A stretch of DNA of 64,000 nucleotides, taken from Spizellomyces punctatus DAOM BR117 (Eukaryota). Where the stretch lies: NCBI GenBank assembly GCA_000182565.2, contig KQ257462.1. One strand, 5' to 3'. Below, piece by piece: positions 12,366 through 24,571 of the stretch. Under the pieces are notes generated by a model. That model had not been told where the DNA came from. It saw nothing but the letters and a program-made list of their open reading frames with translations, and did no database searches. The position numbers were made by a program, and so were the translations under genes. The first letter of the stretch is position 1. Each line of letters begins with the position of its first letter.

Positions 12366-13533
12366 TCTGTGCCAGGCACTAGAAAACACCGGAGGAGGCA
12401 ATTTTTATAAAGAGATTTTATATGTTGGACTAACTATTACATTAGACGGAGGTAAGTGGCGAATTGGAAAACAATACCTTGTCGAAATCGGGATACGACA
12501 TGGAAAAATAAGGGCGTGTGCGTAAGGTGAGCATATGCAAAGAATAGTTACAAGAATAACTAGTGTCCCCCATCGCAACAAATCAAAGCATGGATCGCTA
12601 TTGTAGAAACCTCTGGAATTGACGAAACTCCGTGGATTTTTATTCCATAAGGGTGTGCAAGGAGACAACCCTAATATTGTTTGTCAGCATAGAAGCTTTA
12701 GCGAGGTATTTGGTTCAACATACGGGTTTGATCCCCCGCCTAGTACAAACCGTTTGGGATCTGCAAACTGCACAGTAAGCCACAGTAAAGTCGAACAGCG
12801 ATGCTAGATTGCTAAGTTCCGTCCTTAATTTTCTATAAGGAAGCGGTCTTACGACCAGGTTGAAGAGTGTATTATCCGAGAGTGACACCAGTTTTGGCGA
12901 TTACTTGGATAGATATGTGGTTGCCCTGATTTGGAGTTCCTTTATGCAATATTCTTCAATTCATTGGCAAGATGACATCCGTCCAGTGAAGGAGATTGAT
13001 GCAAAGAACCGTAGACAAAACTATTATCAAATACACGTTGTCCACCAACTTTCTCCCTTACACTTTGTGGCGCTTTGTAATCGGTGTTTGTGTTGAAACC
13101 TTGGCACACATTAATATAGATCTACTGACACTCGATATTTACATGATCTCTATGTCCCACGATAGTTTGGATTACATGAACTATTTGGGGGCCGTACTGA
13201 GCACGTAAGCTGAGTTACAGCTCGGATCCAACGGCGGGAGAATAATAATTGTATTTCTCAGTTTACAGGATCTGAATCCAACCCCACTTTTTACCAATGA
13301 AATCCCCTGATTCGTCGTGGCCTACCGAGGATTCCCCAATTGAGTTGAATGTCCTGTTAATATCCCACCAGAACTGATACGCTGAGTTGCCGTCGTTAAC
13401 GGGGATGTCCACCAGAAAATATGCTTCGAGGGGGAGACTTGATATTTCGTATGAATGCTGCTTTCCAGTCAAAACTTTGCGAGGATGGATTGACGTCCTA
13501 TTGCCGTCTTTATGGCTACTTCCAGCCGTTAGA

Positions 13534-13535
<2 letters not shown>

Positions 13536-13564
<29 letters not shown>
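13536..13564. repeat. (GT)n microsatellite
   Basis: Uninterrupted gtgtgt... run in the intergenic region between the GPCR and SFP1 genes. Confidence 0.9.
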
Positions 13565-13568
<4 letters not shown>

Positions 13569-14786
13569 GAGAGAGCTTATCCATTGACCGTTTGTGATGT
13601 GCAAAATGCGGTCGACAAATGGAACAGGGGAACATAGTAAACGGATTTGCAACGCCCAACGGTTTCTGTGGTGAATAAAACATTGTCCTGTTCAAAAAGG
13701 GCAGTTGGGGAAGCCCCGAAACGCATCAATAAGAACAGAACGATAAGCCATGGTCCATGTGCCTTTACCCCTCTTTTTGACCGCACGGCAAAAGTGCCAA
13801 GCGGCTCGGATTCTTGAGCGGCTATCCCCAAATGGACTGTCCCAAATGGACTGTCCTTGTCATTCAAAATGCCGCTAAAGGAAAACCGCCAGAAAAAAAT
13901 GGGTGCCTCTCTTTTACGCAAAAGGAGGCGGAACAGCCCCCCATATATCAACATTTTTACTGGAAATGGATAATATACGGCATTTTGGGCACACTTTCAA
14001 CACTTGAACACTAACACATTGCTTGTAAACAAACCCTGTAGTAAACTTACCCAGTACTAAATCCCCCCCCCCATTGAGGAATGCGGAGAGTAAAATGTCC
14101 GCAATAACAAAAAAAGAAAAAAAAGAAATCCCCCTCCCATAGGAAATTGAAACGCTGGGTGTTGTTTTACAGTTGCTTTTGAAAATGTCACACTTTGTAA
14201 GAGTCGCGTTTCACACTTTCAACTCTTTTTCAACGTGCAACTTGCAACATTCCTTCTTCTTCTTGTTGCCCTTCCTTCCTTCCCTTGCCCTTCCTTGTTA
14301 ACATACTCACAATAAAAGAGTAATAAAATTGAAACTTTTCACCCTTGTTTGACCGTTCGGACACAACGCAAGAGATAAATCCCCCTGTGATGAGTGACCG
14401 TGTTTCTCATTAGGCAATGGGACTCTTTTGTTGGTTTGTAGGCTTGTCTCCTTCTTTTGCATTCTTTAACGCTCAGCACATCTTACTTTCCACTCTTGTT
14501 CTGGGACAGCTGCAACGATTAGGTCGTGACTCCCTTCTGCTGTTTCTTTGGACAAGCTGCTTTTGTAACAGCGTAAAGAGGCAATCTCACACTCGAGTCA
14601 TTCTGCCACACTTTTTTTTTTTTTTTTCCTTTTGGACTCTCTCTCAACATAAACTTGTCACTCTACCGTCACTCTTTTTTTCCGCGCTTTCGACTTTTTA
14701 CCGTATATACGCTGTCTTGTCTGTTCGGTGTGTGTGTGTGTGTCGTAACGCACACAAACTAGACGACTCTATTTTCAGAGGGACAC

Positions 14787-16812
14787 ATGGTTGCCCTCAC
14801 AGACATGGCATCTCTCCAACATGGACTCTTGAGTTCGACAGAACATGCATCTCCTCCTTCTCAACAACAACAACAACAAGATTCGCAGGGCGAGGCTGAG
14901 AGCGACTTGTCCCACGGACGTGGCCGAAGAAACTCGCTGTCAAATCCGCTTCCCTACAACCCAGATCTCTTGGATGTTTTCAACTTTCATGGCGCATTGA
15001 GACCACGGCGACCCTCCTTCTCTGGCACACTGTCCTTGGGGGGAATCGACCTCATCCCTCCCTCGAGCATGAGTGAAGGTGACTCTATTCTCAACCTAGA
15101 GTCTCAATTCTGCAAGGACTTTGAGTGCTGCGGTAACCAGTTCCCGAGTCTGCATGAGCTGTTGGCCCACTATGAGACAGCTCACGTGCACGTCAAGGAC
15201 TTTGGAGGGAGCGAGCTGCTACCCGGGACCCACACGACAGGACCCTACGGTGGACTGGTTGGCGTCGGAAAGCTTGAGCCGATCCGAGAGGAAGATAGCG
15301 ACTCGTCTAGTGGTGGTGCATCGTCGGTCATGATGAAAATTGATGAATCCACAGGGTCCCTTTCAACATCCACATCACCGTCACCGGCTCCTGCTTCTTG
15401 TACCTCAGATGCGTTTCCGTCACCAGCTCCATCCCATGGATCCCTATCAACAATTGTAGACGGAGGAGTTGGACACATTCAGGAAGGCATCCGACACTTG
15501 CACCTCGACCACGACCCTTACTTTTCCCAATACACCCGTGTCGCCAATTTGCACCAGCAACACCTGGAGCACCAACAAGGTGTATTTCTCACTCCAGCAG
15601 CAAAGCGAGCTCGTGCACCGTCACTTGTCGCCGCGAATCCACCTGACGACAGCAAAAAAGTTCGTGGAATGGCGCAGTATACGGACATGGATAAAGCATC
15701 TTCGACTGCAAATTCCGTCAACCCGTCTGCGGGCAGTCTGGTTGATGGTGCAAATAGCAGTGTCGACAGCAAGAATGCACCACTTCACGACTACGTGAAT
15801 GGAATACACATGCCAGTGACACCGCCGATGGAATTCTCGGCACAGTCGATCCACTCACGCCAAGGACAATCGGAACAGACGTCAACTCACCAGCACCCTC
15901 AAAACTCTCCTCCGATGCAACACATATCACCACACATGTCACCAGCGCTCCTTCATGCACAGCTTCAATATGATCCGTCGCAGCAACAAGGCACTCACCA
16001 TCAGGCCATGTCTCCTCATGTGGCGTTTCTAGAGTCTGCTGCCGCACAACATCATACGCACTCACCCATACCCCAATCACCTCAACCGAACCTTCCGCCC
16101 CACATCCGTACGTTTATTCGCCAAAACTCACCCGGCCCCGGTCAAATGACCTACCGCGCCAGTACACCCGGCATGCTCCCACCTGAGCATCCGCATTTCT
16201 CTGTTCCTACTCCACCGCCGCGCCCATCGAGCACGCCAGCCATGTTGCCCGTTGGAATCTATCCTGTCCAGGGACCACCGGGATATGTAGACAGCGACGG
16301 CGGCTCACCAGGCATTCTGGATGACTTTGGCGGTGTGTCCGGCCAAGGAGGTAGTAAGAGGTACAAGTGTCCCAAACCTTTTTGTAGCAAGGTAAGCTAA
16401 ACAATGACTTTTATGTTTTTTTTACGGCTGCTGACCCCGTCATTAGGTATACAAAAACTCTAATGGCCTCAAGTACCACTTGGAACATGGCAACTGCGAG
16501 CTTGACTATGCATCCGCAGACATGGACGGTCGTATTGCACCCGCGCAACCGCAAGAAGCAATGTCCTATCACGCTCCTACCGGCTATCCCTACTACAGCC
16601 TCCCTCTCATGGGCTACAGCATGAACATGCAAATGGTGAATGGACTACCCATGACAGATATCAAGATTGCCCTACGGCCCTACTGGTGCCGCGTACCTGG
16701 ATGCGGCAAAAAGTACAAGAATCTGAATGGACTAAAGTACCATGCCAAAGTAACGCACCCCGACATGGATTTCAAGAATGAGGTCAAGGGACATACGAGC
16801 ATGAGTTTGTGA
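14787..16812 (+). CDS. SFP1: Sfp1-like C2H2 zinc-finger transcription factor
   Basis: N-terminal FCKDFECCGNQFPSLHELLAHYETAH finger; split C-terminal fingers YKCPKPFCSKVYKNSNGLKYHLEHG (intron 16392-16446) and PYWCRVPGCGKKYKNLNGLKYH, the Sfp1 signature. Confidence 0.85.
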
Positions 16813-16866
16813 AGGGGTTGGTCGACATACGAGCATGAGTTTGTGAAGGGGTTGGTCGACATACGA
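16790..16866. repeat. 34-bp tandem duplication (~2.3 copies) spanning the SFP1 stop codon
   Basis: Unit acatacgagcatgagtttgtgaaggggttggtcg at 16791-16824 and 16825-16858, identical, plus partial third copy. Confidence 0.95.
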
Positions 16867-17398
16867 CTTGATGATTGCATAATTTGTACGAGACGAAACA
16901 AAAGCCGATTGTCTCGATTTTCCTTTTTTTTTTTTTTTCTTTGCTCCTTTCGGGATTCCCCTCCTCCTTTCTTCTTGTTGTTTTTCCCCCCACAAATGGT
17001 ACGTTCAAGAACGTGATAGAAAGGGTTAAAAGTAGAATTTACGAACCGTGTATTTTGCCATAGAAAAACAGTTTTGCTCTGTATTTTACAGCGGGCAAAG
17101 CTGGCATATAGTTTTCTTTTTTTGTTTTATGTTTTTTCCTCCCCTCTCTCTACCGTAGACAACGTATAGTTATAGTTTTGCCTTGTTTTTTTCTGTTTCT
17201 GGTCCTTTATGTAGTATTATTTTCGTTTGTTTAAAACTTTCTACTAAATACATACATTTTCTTTACTATCCGCTATTCTATTCCATTTGCAAAAAAACGG
17301 GGCACTGATCAACATGCACAAATAATACACTTCTACTACGCTATACTATGACTGCAAACAAAAAAAAAAAAATAAAACTGGTCTTGTCTAAAAAGAAA

Positions 17399-17706
17399 TT
17401 ACATGACTACACACTCATCACATACTCCACCACCTTTACTCGACCCCCACAGATCCTCTTTTTCTTTACGGGCTGCTACGTGATGGGGAAGGAATGGGTC
17501 GGGTGTACTTGTCGTAAAATAGACGAGACTAGAGTAATAATGGGAAATGAATACATCCAAAGCATTACGAGATTTTTGTTATGTTGAAAGTGGATACCAT
17601 ACCTTTGAGAAGCCTCAGAAACGGGAATACGATGCAAAGAAAGTTGAGATTTAAGTTGACTCGTCTGTGCGAGGAGTTTTGCGAGTTTCTTTTCAGAGGG
17701 TGTCAT
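17399..17706 (-). CDS. Heterotrimeric G-protein gamma subunit (77 aa)
   Basis: Exons 17706-17603 and 17528-17399 (GT-AG intron 17602-17529) give MTPSEKKLAKLLAQTSQLKSQLSLHRIPVSEASQSLVYFTTSTPDPFLP...GGVCDECVVM*: GGL motifs RIPVSEAS and DPFLP plus CaaX box CVVM. Confidence 0.9.
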
Positions 17707-17750
17707 GATTCTCGTTCCGTTGTTTTTCGAGTGTCCAATTTCAATATTGG

Positions 17751-17777
17751 TATATATATATATATATATATATATAT
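17751..17777. repeat. (TA)n microsatellite just upstream of the G-gamma start codon
   Basis: Perfect tatata run. Confidence 0.9.
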
Positions 17778-18535
17778 AAGCGTATGTATTTGTTGCGTGT
17801 GTGGGCTCGGCGTTGTTCCTACTCCAGTGTTTTTGGATCCCGCCCAAAACAATACCAAATCAACTGTTTTTCGACCAAACAAAATGTTTGAAATGCCAGT
17901 GTCCAACGGATGGGGAATCGAATCTCTTTCCAACAGTACCGCCAACCAGTCCAAACTGAAATGTCAAACGAATAGTTTTTATCAACCTATATGTTGATGC
18001 AATGCGTTAATAAAAATGAATGGAAAGGGTTTAAACAACTCTTGTAGACTGCTAGACTAGACCGATACACACAACACCATCCTGCATGGCCAAAACAAAA
18101 CTCACACACACATCTCACCTTTATCAAAAAACACCATCACTCGTTCAAGCCAACACACACACAAAACGCAACAATCAACAAGTTCAACAATCCTCGCTTG
18201 CAGTTTTACACAACCCCCACGCAAACAACAAAGTAGAACTGGCTCAACCAGGTGAGGTTGCAAAAAGGATCACAAAAAGCGGCCCGCGAGTGACTCATTG
18301 CTGTAATGAGTTACATAATCGAGGTGCCGATCGACTATGGCGTATGTGGCGCATGTGGCGCGTGTTGACAGCATATACTTTTTGTCAATTAATACGGGCT
18401 TATAAAATGGGTTTCCTCTTGCTAATACCCAGATTCAACTTGGTCGAGGCGGTATCTTGCAAATGCAACACGACGGCTGTTGTTTTTAAAATCTTTAATA
18501 TTCAACCATGGAACCGTGAAGGGAAATTCAGCTTT

Positions 18536-20107
18536 CTAGAGCAGTCCACCCAACAAAGCCTCAAACCATTCCGCATTTTTGATAGTATCCTTGAATGGCA
18601 CCCCACTCTCATCCTCACCCACCCCTGGACACCCCTTCTTTTTCCAAGCCACCAAAACTTTTTTACACTCTGACTCTTTATCTGCCCATGACAAGACAAT
18701 GGCCAACCGTAGCAAGACAGGTCCAATGACTTGGTTGTCATCACAAAGCGTGATGGTTCGTCTGTAGTACTTTTCGGCGTTTAATGCGAGTGTGATTTGG
18801 TCTTTTGGGATGTACAGTGGGATTCGAATCAAATGGGTGTCGCCCAGGGTTTTGGCGATATTGGCGTTGGTTGGGGTAATGGTATATGCGTCAGTGTAGG
18901 CTGTTGTAGCGGCGGCATAGAGTGTCCGCATTTGAGTGAGAGCGTCATTTGCAGGTGTTGGTAATGACGATCCAGAAGCGGAACTTGTTGCCGATGCCAA
19001 AGAGGAGAGCATGTTTTCTGAACCGTTCATCGTCTTGATGGCATCTGACCATGATACCAGTACATCTCCTTTACAACATAACGCCTCAACATTCTTTTTA
19101 TCGGTTGACAGTACCCCATCCAGTTTCTTGAGCGCCTCTTCATAACAAGATGTTTCCAGTCGCCGATACTGTTCTAAAACACTATCCGCTCGGGCGGCAA
19201 AGATTTCTGCACCGCGGATACCAAATTCGGCCGTATATGCAGATACATCCTTGACATCAATAGTCGAAGCGTATTTAGATAAGAGAGTCTGACCATGCGA
19301 GAGTTTTTCCAATGATTTTTCGTAATAAGCAGTTGATTCCGGATCCGATAGTTCTTTGAATAGTAACGTAAGAGTTTGGATGTGAGCATTTAATGTATCC
19401 AAAAGAGTGCTTAATGTCGTTGAATCCACTTTAGTAACCATCTCGTAGTCGTCTTCTCCTTGTCGTTCCTCGTGCTTTTCCTCTTGATCCTCTTCAACCG
19501 TACTCTCCTCATGAGAATGCGCAGTACACACTTGACCCTCTAATTCTACTTCCTTTTCCTTTCCTTTCTCATCACCCCCCTCCCTACTCCTTTCCCACTC
19601 ACCAACCTGCGTACAAAACACCTTATCCAAAACACAATCAGCTTCCACCAACCCCCGTACACCCTCTGACACATCCCCAACACCTTCCTCAAGAACAACC
19701 TCAGCAAATCCTCGTAAGGCCTGTGAGAGATTAAACAAACAATCCACATTCCCATCTTGGGCGCCTTGCCGCAGTTTTTCTATGGATTCTTGTAAGAGAT
19801 TTTTGCGGTCCTCGGGTACCGGTGCCGGATCCGTGAATTCAGATAAAAGTAGTAATATTCTACCCCAATTGTAAAGGACTTGCATATCACTAGGAACAAG
19901 TCGGTGGGCTTGTGCGTACATTTCCGTTGCACGGGTATAAAAGCGGTGGGCTTTAATCCCAGAGACATAGCGGTCGCCTTTATCTTCAAGAGACAGAGCT
20001 TCGTCTAGGAATTCTTCAAATGTGCTTGGCTCCGGTGGAGGTTTGGCTGCCTTTGTCTTTTTTGGAAAACGATGAGCAGCCTTTGAATCCTTTTTTGCAG
20101 GCGCCAT
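18536..20107 (-). CDS. TPR-like helical-repeat protein (resembles fungal UPF0656-type hypothetical proteins)
   Basis: Intronless 523-aa ORF; helical repeats RFYTRATEMYAQAHRLVPSDMQVLYNWGRIL, VEALCCKGDVL, AYTITPTNANIAKTLGDTH; basic N-terminus, acidic central linker. Confidence 0.7.
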   Translation of the reverse strand: MAPAKKDSKAAHRFPKKTKAAKPPPEPSTFEEFLDEALSLEDKGDRYVSGIKAHRFYTRATEMYAQAHRLVPSDMQVLYNWGRILLLLSEFTDPAPVPEDRKNLLQESIEKLRQGAQDGNVDCLFNLSQALRGFAEVVLEEGVGDVSEGVRGLVEADCVLDKVFCTQVGEWERSREGGDEKGKEKEVELEGQVCTAHSHEESTVEEDQEEKHEERQGEDDYEMVTKVDSTTLSTLLDTLNAHIQTLTLLFKELSDPESTAYYEKSLEKLSHGQTLLSKYASTIDVKDVSAYTAEFGIRGAEIFAARADSVLEQYRRLETSCYEEALKKLDGVLSTDKKNVEALCCKGDVLVSWSDAIKTMNGSENMLSSLASATSSASGSSLPTPANDALTQMRTLYAAATTAYTDAYTITPTNANIAKTLGDTHLIRIPLYIPKDQITLALNAEKYYRRTITLCDDNQVIGPVLLRLAIVLSWADKESECKKVLVAWKKKGCPGVGEDESGVPFKDTIKNAEWFEALLGGLL

Positions 20108-20573
20108 CTTCTTTGGAACTAGAATTGTTTAAAAACACTTTTGGTTGTCGTCGTCGCAGTGTTCTTTTTTCGTCTCAAACCGACTAAGCACGACTAAGCA
20201 CGCCGATCGTGTAATCGTCGGGCCCCAAGCTCGTTATCGAGTTTATTACAAGTATTTTGGATTCAATAGCTTTAAGCACACACAAAATAATGATATCTAC
20301 AAGTGCTGTTGCTTCTCATTAAACAAAAAACTCTACAATAAATCACAAAAAGAAAAAAAAATAAAACCAAATTCACCAAACAGGATGTTTCCGTCCGTAC
20401 TCTATAAAAAACTGTAGGCGTCAATCCTATCTTCTATCTGATCACATCCATCCTCTCTGAGCCAGCTCAGGAAGCTAAAAAAGAGAGAGACAAAAAAAAA
20501 AAATATATAACTTAGATATATCACGCAAAAAAAGGGGAGATCTATGTTTTCTTGAATGGGGGCTTCATGACCG

Positions 20574-22613
20574 TCAGAATGGAAAGGGACTCTGTGTTTG
20601 ATTTTGATGCTGGTGGAGATCATAGATTGTTACATCTGTACAATGAAAGAAATAATAAATCAGCAATGTTCCAGGTTCTGAACTCTTTGAAAGCTGCATT
20701 TACCCACCTTCGCCAAAGGGCACGGGATTCTTCATTACACCATCACTCGATACTTTCCACATGGGCTGCACGTCGCTGATCGGTTGGTACTCTGTTTCAT
20801 CAGGTAAAATGGGAAGCTCAGGTGGGTACATTGACGGTTGAGATAGCGTCGTTGGCCCAGTAGTAGCAGAGTAAGGTGTGGGTGATTGGAGCGACAAATT
20901 CGGTCTAGTCAGTCTAGAATCAGAAATACTCCTAGGGCGAATGACAGAAACAGTCGACGGAGTGGTTGGTGGAGGAGGCGTGTTTGGCGTCATGACTGTA
21001 GAGTTTGGCGATGATAACGGGGGTGGTGACATGAGTTTGGTGGCCGAATCATCCGGAATAGATGGAGGCATGGGATGATGGCCAATCAGTCCTCCCAAAG
21101 ATTGCGGTTTCGAAAGGTCGATACCCATCATGCTCTGATGAAACATTTGCAGTTGCCGTAATTGCATCATTTGACGCACTTGATGGTAAAGCGGGTGGCG
21201 AGGATCATCTTCGGGCTTCAGCTTGCCTTCCTTGCGCATCCCTATCAACTTGATTTCGTCCTGCAGTCTCTGAACGAGAACCGCTTTTTTGCCTGACGAA
21301 GGAAGACCACGCTCTCTAAGCATGTCTTTGAGCTCAGCAACCGTGATATCGTCAAAATCAGTGCTGAGAAGGGCAGCATCAAGTTTAGCATACTGCTGCT
21401 GTTGAGTAAGCTGGTTCTGATCCTTTCGAGGATGGGCGGGAGGAATAGGAATAAGCAGCGTAGGGCTGGATTTTGCTTTGGGAGGAAAGCTCCCCGTCGA
21501 AGGGGATGCTATGGCTGCCGGTGGTGCGACATTGGACATTGCGGGGCTCGATGATGCAAAGTGAAGTGGTTGCGGGGACGGGCACAATGGGGAAGTAACC
21601 AGGCCGCCAATGAGAGGTTTCGGGGACGCACTCCGGTTCACAGGAGAGTGTAATGCGGTGCTGATCGCAACGGGAGAATGCGAGTTACCCTTGCCTCGGA
21701 ATCCAGCCATGTCCCGATTGGACATTCTGGCCGCCATAGAATGTGGTGATTTTAGTGTGTACGGTGCATGATGCTCATGTCGTTTAGGAACATTGATGCC
21801 GAGCGCTGCGGGCTTCTTGTTGATTACCGGAGACCGCGTCATGTTTGTGGGAGATGAAAAAGGTGCTCGTAGTCCTGATGAGTGCCTTGGCTCCTTTCCT
21901 CCAAGGTCGTGCATGTGTGGCTGGCCCCATGATCCTGGAATAGTATTGGCACGCGGCCTCCGTCCAGCAGGCATTGTCCCAGATGGTGGCGGTACTGCCA
22001 TCATTCCAGTTGCCGAGTCGTCCATCGACGTGCCAGACATATGGGCAGGGACAAAGCAGTGGTTCACTGGCGGGCTGCGGAGTCCAGAAGCCATAGACGA
22101 CGAAGCTGCAAAGTGCTCGGCCATGTTGTAAGGAGAGGTAAGAGTCAATCGCTGAGGAGGTGCCTGTGCTGGGTGTGCACCCATTGATATTGATCGGTTA
22201 CGGACGTGTTGGACTTGAGGGGATGACGGCCGCATAAGATGCATATCATCCATTGAAAGCTGTGCGGTGGCAGTTCCAAGGGCCTCCATGCTGCAAGGAG
22301 CTCCACCCATGTTTCCAGATACTCCCCAGTTGGGAGCCAGGTGAGGATGGCTATTCTGATGGTGCGGCCTGACCAACGTGTCGTCCGTCTGCTGAGTAAC
22401 CATAGCTGCCCACTCTGCGTCAGACATGATCAAAAGGTCCGAGACCGACATGTTGTTTTGATCGGACATGTTGGACGATATCGACCCAACCGATACCGAA
22501 TGCAAGTCTGTCATTGAGGTTGTCGCCGACTCGCCGTCGTTGCCCAGAGGTGTCGGTCGAAAACAACCCATCGCTGGATGGTTGTCCGTAGCGTAAAGAG
22601 CCGAGTGTTCCAT
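20574..22613 (-). CDS. SAP-domain protein, otherwise low-complexity Ser/Pro/Met-rich
   Basis: SAP motif DFDDITVAELKDMLRERGLPSSGKKAVLVQRLQD; probable terminal intron 20707-20636 adding DVTIYDLHQHQNQTQSPFPF*. Confidence 0.8.
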
Positions 22614-23100
22614 CGTCAGGATACGTTAAGAACCTCTACGAGAACCCCAACTGAGCGAGAACGTGGGGGACTTTTTTGAAAAAGGGTATGAGTGGGCCGC
22701 TTTGGGTGAAAAGATGTTGCTGGGGAACAGGCGAGCGCGGGATAAACGTCCGGATAGAGGAATTAAAAAAAAAAAAAGAAAGGGGGGCCCCAGCAGAATC
22801 GGTTCAGGGCACTATTTTCAGGGCAACAAATCCAGGCTATAAAACAAGGTCACTAACTAGAGCGCATTAAAGGCACGAGGAAGATCCTACGCACACACAC
22901 ACGTACACACACACACAGCAACAACAAGACGAGGCAAGAGCACCGAGGAGGGAGGAAGGCGAGCAGGAGCTGGGGAAGGATGGAGCTGGGCGGGTTGCTC
23001 TTTCTGTCTTTTTTCCTGTAGTTTTCCTTGTAGGTTTTTTTTTCCAAAAAGTCGCCTGGCCCTTTTCCCTTTTCACACTTTTCACACTTGAGAAGCTGTC

Positions 23101-23121
23101 GGGGGGGGGGGGGGGGGGGGG
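23101..23121. repeat. Poly-G tract (21 G)
   Basis: Homopolymer ~490 bp upstream of the SAP gene start. Confidence 0.85.
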
Positions 23122-24571
23122 CGATCGTCGCGCGATTGTTTTGAAGTTTCCACATTATCCACATTCGAATGGTTAATATTCCATTGCTGTGATTGGTGCA
23201 ATCTAGTTTAAAGTGAACAGCAGCACAGAACTCCACGCTTTGTCATCAAATTCATAGATTGGAAGAAGCGTCACACTTCTGTGGGCTTTTTTCTGGGTCT
23301 TACCAACACAGCTTTATTTATTTTATGTTTAAAACACAGTCCAACATGAGGACATCATTGAGCGGAACATCTTGAAAGCAAAGGAGCAACTTGCAAGAGC
23401 TAGAAGTGCGATGGTCTATTTTTTCAACTCGAACTTGCGATGCCTAAATCTCGTGGCGTTTGGACGATTCCTTTTTGTGTAGGAGCTGTCGACAATTCGC
23501 CCAGAACGGAAAGTATCCTTGCCTGAACAGATGCGGGGAACAAAAAAAGAAAAACACTTGCGTGTGCTACCTGAAAAGCCTCGGGAACTTGCCGCCAGGC
23601 CAGGGCCTCGCGACTGAAAAGCCTCCCCCCCAACTTCCAAGGAATGATTAAAAGAACTCCAACAAAAGCTCCCCAAATATGCAGCCGACTTTTCCCGCTA
23701 CCTCACTTTTGGTAGTAGTCAAATGGCAACTTGACACTTGAGTGACACGTTGACTGCACCAGTTATTGTCCTATACGTCCCAACATTTACAACCCAACTA
23801 CTACGTTTTAGTCCCCCATGAAACTTCTTTGCAACCGTCCCATGACCATGGACTAGAAAGACAAAAAACAACAAGATTTCAAGATGCGTTAATCTTTTTA
23901 TACATTGGCTTTTTTATCATTCCAACAGCACCTTCATGTCCCCCGTGATTGACGCCCAAAAAGGTCTTTTGTGGTTCAACAAGATGTGATCGTACTAGCT
24001 AGGTGCAAAAAGTTCCTTTGATCAGTTGAATATCCTGAAATTAGGGTATTGACTGCCATGTGGAATTAACAAAACTGGCGCATGGGACAATCATACCACC
24101 CTGAACAAGTTGAGCTTATTTAACGCATTAGCGCCATAAAACGACCTAAAATCTAATATTGATACCCTTCCGTTTCTTCTATCATTGTCCATTATCACTT
24201 TTGGTTTAAAGTTAGGGAATACCCAAGTTTCACATTGTAAACCCTTCCCCCATCCTTCTTGTATCTGTACCAAAACTCAGCGGTGCCCACAAAGCATTTG
24301 GGTTTTGGGACATTGCTGACCACATGTTGCCAGTCCAGCCGATTCGATCCGCCATTAGGTTGGCTATTAAACAGACTGGTTTGAAACCTGCTTCACTTGC
24401 CTTTCACAAGTTTCAATTGTTTAGCTTCCGCTTTGCTTCCATCCTCGATGAGATAAAATGTGTCAACTTTATTTTAGCCCGAGGAGATGGTGAGTTTAAA
24501 GGTTGTGAGCCATCAAAATTCAAGTGATTTCAGAAAGCCCACCCAACTTCTCCTCAATGCCCCATTGGGTA

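Noticed and set aside
12400-14780. Several 60-160 aa ORFs and a 14-bp tandem (cccaaatggactgt x2, ~13828-13857)
   Set aside because: Microsatellite/homopolymer-rich divergent promoter region; ORFs look spurious and the repeat has no assignable function
16790-16866. 34-bp direct repeats as a CRISPR array
   Set aside because: Copies are contiguous with no spacers, eukaryotic context, no cas genes
18086-18673. 195-aa + strand ORF and a short ttgaca...tgtcaa inverted repeat (~18365-18388)
   Set aside because: ORF derives from CA-rich low-complexity sequence and overlaps the TPR gene antisense; hairpin too short to call an ncRNA
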